Of a stretch of DNA of 38,869 nt, positions 36,901 to 38,869 are shown piece by piece. The position numbers and the translations under genes are program-made. Source of the DNA: an uncultured Ruminococcus sp. (GTDB lineage: Bacteria > Bacillota > Clostridia > Oscillospirales > Ruminococcaceae); the NCBI GenBank assembly GCA_964505695.1, contig CAZDJG010000001.1, positions 1 to 38,869 on the forward strand, in the 5' to 3' direction. A model generated the notes under the pieces. That model saw only the letters and a program-made list of their open reading frames with translations, did no database searches and was not told where the DNA came from. Every line of letters begins with the position of its first letter. Position 1 is the first letter of the stretch.

Positions 36901-38869
36901 AAGTCCCAACTGCAACAGTCCCTCAACATTTATTTCCGCACTTAAATACGGAGGCTTCGGCGCAGTCGTTACCGCAAACAATCACAACTGCGACGGCGGC
37001 GCAAAGGGACTTTACAAAACCGTTTCTCTTATAGAGCAAAGCGGAATGAAAAATATCGGAACGCTGGGGGGAAACCCCGTTTTCTTTGAAGTCGGAGGGA
37101 TCAGGATCGCAGTGATCGCTCTTTGCATGATCATGAACGGTCTTGAAGGCGCAAGCGGTCTTGATACTGAAAATCTCGGCAGATACGACCCCGAACTGTT
37201 TGAAAGTCTCTGCCAAAGAGCAAAAGACGGAGGGGCGGAGTTTATAATAGCATATCAGCACTGGGGAAAAATGAATTCCTCCGCTGTACGGAATATACAG
37301 AAAAGGGCTGCTCAGCATATGGCGGACTGCGGGGCGGATATAATAGTCGGCTCTCACCCTCATGTAATGCAGGGATTTTCGTATCTGACGGCAGCGGACG
37401 GAAGAAAGGTTCCCTGCGCATATTCGCTGGGAAATTTTCTTACCTCGATGTCGGAGTTTGACGAAAACAGGCTCAGTGCAATAATGTGCCTTAAACTTTT
37501 CCGCAGCGAAAAGGGAGTATCATCCTCCGTGACCTTTATCCCGACCGTAAGCGTTGATACGGAATACGGCATTTCCGTTGAGCCTGCGGACGGGGAACGG
37601 GAAAATGTCATAAGGAAAATTCTTACACCCTCCGCACCCGTGAGCAAAACGCCGTGCAGAACAAGGGTAATGCTCCAGGGGTCGGTGGTTTTAAAAAAGA
37701 TATTTGATAATATCCCCGAATGCCCCGTGTCCGACGGTGCTCTGATCGTTTCCCCCATTTCGCTTTTTTCGGGAAACGGTACGAATATCAATGAAGAGAA
37801 CATTCCTTTAAGAGTAAAAATAGATACCCAAAAAAGCTTTGAGGAATACCTTTCCTCCTGCGGCGCAGAATATGCGGCAGTGGATTTTTACCCGGCAGCG
37901 GGAATATCCCTGCTTAAAAGGAACGGTTCCTTGTACACAAACTCCGGCGCTTTCAGAAACTCGGAGTTCTACAAGGAAAACGCAGCGGACTTTGAAAGGA
38001 TATCCCCTCCCTTTGACCCCTCACTGTGGAGAGAGGCTGTCAGAAAATATGCCGCAGCACTGAAAAAAGTATTTCCAAAGGAAAGGATAATCCTTCTCAG
38101 ACTTGAATTTTCGAGTATTGCCGTTATGGGCGGCGAGGTGAGAAACGGCTCTGACAGGACAGCCCTTAACCGCAGGATACGGGAGATGGAGGAATATTTC
38201 ATTGAGCTTGCAGACCCATGCGTTATAGATATTGCGGGGGATTATTTTGCCGACGGTGAAAATTCATCTCCGTCAGCCTTTGAACCGCTGTTTTACGCAG
38301 ACGCCGCAGATAAATTCAGGGAAATAATTTTCGGAAAAAGCGAACGTTTTTATTTTTCGGAGAGCTGCCCCGAATACCGTATGCACAGGGTCATAAAATA
38401 TTACGATAACCTTGCCGCAAGAGCCTATATGGACAAAATGCTTGACAGCGAAAGCGCTGCCGATCTGCTGATAATGTATTCGTCAAAGGATTTTACGGCA
38501 TACAACAGCATAAGCCTTATAAAGCTTATGAAAGCGGGAACAAAGGGACTTTCCGCCGCCGCAGAGCTTTTAAAGAGCGACCCGATGGCGCAGGAGCTTG
38601 TACAGGCGGCAAATGCCATAGATGCCGTTCTGAAAAACGATCTTTCACGGTCATATGATTTTTACTCGGTTCTTTTCCGGCATAAAATGAACATTCTGAA
38701 GCTGATGGCAAAGCAGCTTACGGAGCTGACAGGTCACAGGACGCAAACTTGCAATGCACAAGCCGTATTTCTCCTCAAGGATGACCCCGAGCGTCTGGCG
38801 GAATATTGTGAGCTGAATAAGCGGGGGGGGGGGGGGGGCAAATTGACCGTGGGGGAAGGTGGGGTTCCA
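33908..38869 (+). CDS. Giant multidomain protein, 3'-truncated (>=1654 aa): MurF-like ligase, degenerate peptidase S11, FN3, Ig-like, CapA/PgsA, unknown domains
   Basis: Hand translation from ATG 33908 (AAGGGGGA RBS) finds no stop to the window end; AVTGSVGKTTT, ITNIGTAHI, GKHNVYNALA; MNEKAKELGMNNTHFTN; WLPVENAEGY; VTFSSSATDIAEV..DGTVTA; TGDLM, ANNH..D, HWG, GSHPHV, YSLGNF. Confidence 0.88.
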   Translation, partial: MSEGKNDIISREVRFDDINHITVSDFLNAVDGKALFDIDAVRDKTISKITSCDCKTPSSVYFFIDPGQKNIGYEHIAEIRENSLFAVSKKPVEGLECFIVPNVNIAFQQFAAAYRRSLDVKIVAVTGSVGKTTTMRMIASVLGRHFKTDSTGTKGNIPLAVAENILRISKDTEFYSLETASSQPGQIHRSSLIGQPDACVITNIGTAHIDLLGSQQNICDTKLQILDGAAPDAPVFLNADDPFLAKAKTSHPIIYYGINNKADYTARSIKVDNDIINFEIVYKGGYCPVTLNIHGKHNVYNALASFAVGKWAGMTDEEIAEGIAAFRTDSIRQNVFDAGGVTVIADYFSIDTASMISSFEALAERKTKGKKIAVLGHIMRMGDKSREMHRMVGEEFVKNGLDYALCFDDDSKWLAERVRELGGKAVYFANNKYKLIKWLEENVQKGDAVLFKGAQKYSHFEDIIEILYSFPKPPTVHAEAAIAADLKTGKITFSKNIKKRISPISLTMIMTAVLAAEKCGSGEMIVIGSSMLRYSGGGYTNIHLREGEKISAEDMIFAVMTASAYDAAYALAVHIGGSEKNFVGLMNEKAKELGMNNTHFTNCCGIINDDHYSTAEDMLKLVIYAMSLPAVAEAAGTVEYECSSCERKFTNVNRIINPASPYYYPYAAGMKTSNNTIGKYCIATAAVKNGRRAAAVLFASPDEPRKAGYDQNTPNKMFSYTDAMKLLEYTFRSAGGGQSVPPDGSKKKLPDPDMPPPSGFGIKGGDCSATAQWLPVENAEGYVLSYYLASEPEKCIKTRYSQKCRKTILGFKNAVEYLADVYAYRTENGREIKGERSRKLLFVPISEKLKTPNTICLEKGESAVITAQYKNTVPEVTFSSSATDIAEVFRDGTVTAHAEGRAEITAEMENGEKAVTNIVCGRDIFRKKKSEAVVMLTGDLMCAVNHQRRTAKHSFDFSRTFDNIRSLLRSADLAVGVLETVCCDFSPFECEELRTPSGSPNCNSPSTFISALKYGGFGAVVTANNHNCDGGAKGLYKTVSLIEQSGMKNIGTLGGNPVFFEVGGIRIAVIALCMIMNGLEGASGLDTENLGRYDPELFESLCQRAKDGGAEFIIAYQHWGKMNSSAVRNIQKRAAQHMADCGADIIVGSHPHVMQGFSYLTAADGRKVPCAYSLGNFLTSMSEFDENRLSAIMCLKLFRSEKGVSSSVTFIPTVSVDTEYGISVEPADGERENVIRKILTPSAPVSKTPCRTRVMLQGSVVLKKIFDNIPECPVSDGALIVSPISLFSGNGTNINEENIPLRVKIDTQKSFEEYLSSCGAEYAAVDFYPAAGISLLKRNGSLYTNSGAFRNSEFYKENAADFERISPPFDPSLWREAVRKYAAALKKVFPKERIILLRLEFSSIAVMGGEVRNGSDRTALNRRIREMEEYFIELADPCVIDIAGDYFADGENSSPSAFEPLFYADAADKFREIIFGKSERFYFSESCPEYRMHRVIKYYDNLAARAYMDKMLDSESAADLLIMYSSKDFTAYNSISLIKLMKAGTKGLSAAAELLKSDPMAQELVQAANAIDAVLKNDLSRSYDFYSVLFRHKMNILKLMAKQLTELTGHRTQTCNAQAVFLLKDDPERLAEYCELNKRGGGGGKLTVGEGGVP

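Noticed and set aside
34046-38711. Many short ORFs suggesting a gene-poor or pseudogene region
   Set aside because: All are shadows of one uninterrupted plus-strand frame that lacks a stop inside the window
1-38869. CRISPR arrays, IS elements, prophage or defence genes, recoded stop codons
   Set aside because: None seen; the identified genes read through under the standard code

Overview
Chromosomal DNA from a Firmicute (Clostridia; a Ruminococcaceae/Oscillospiraceae-like origin is an inference from gene style only). Positions ~368-26889 (minus strand) hold a basal-body/hook/switch/export flagellar cluster: flgB-flgC-fliE-fliF-fliG-fliH-fliI-fliJ-fliK-flgD-(TIGR02530-like)-flgE-flbD-motA-motB-fliM-fliY-cheY-fliO-fliP-fliQ-fliR-flhB-flhA-fliA-flgF-flgG-cheC-cheD, followed by tRNA-Arg(CCG). 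Upstream is a 3D-domain cell-wall hydrolase. Divergently on the plus strand are an operon of a 59-aa membrane protein (below the ORF-track cut-off), an amidohydrolase and a CBM35-GH26 lipoprotein, then a separately promoted two-gene operon. That last operon is the most unusual element: a 579-aa protein with a putative (alpha/alpha)6 C-terminal domain, and a giant ORF absent from the ORF track (33908 to the window end, >=1654 codons, no stop). By hand translation the giant ORF fuses a divergent MurF-like ligase, a catalytically degenerate S11 D,D-carboxypeptidase, FN3/Ig-like domains, a CapA/PgsA domain and further unknown domains. The flagellar cluster also has odd features: a much-extended FlgD, internal duplicated CheY-binding peptides in FliY, a sigma28-like promoter inside a terminator hairpin, a motA/motB split with a shared 17-bp operator, and structured leaders before flgE and fliA. 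All calls come from motif recognition by eye; no searches were run.
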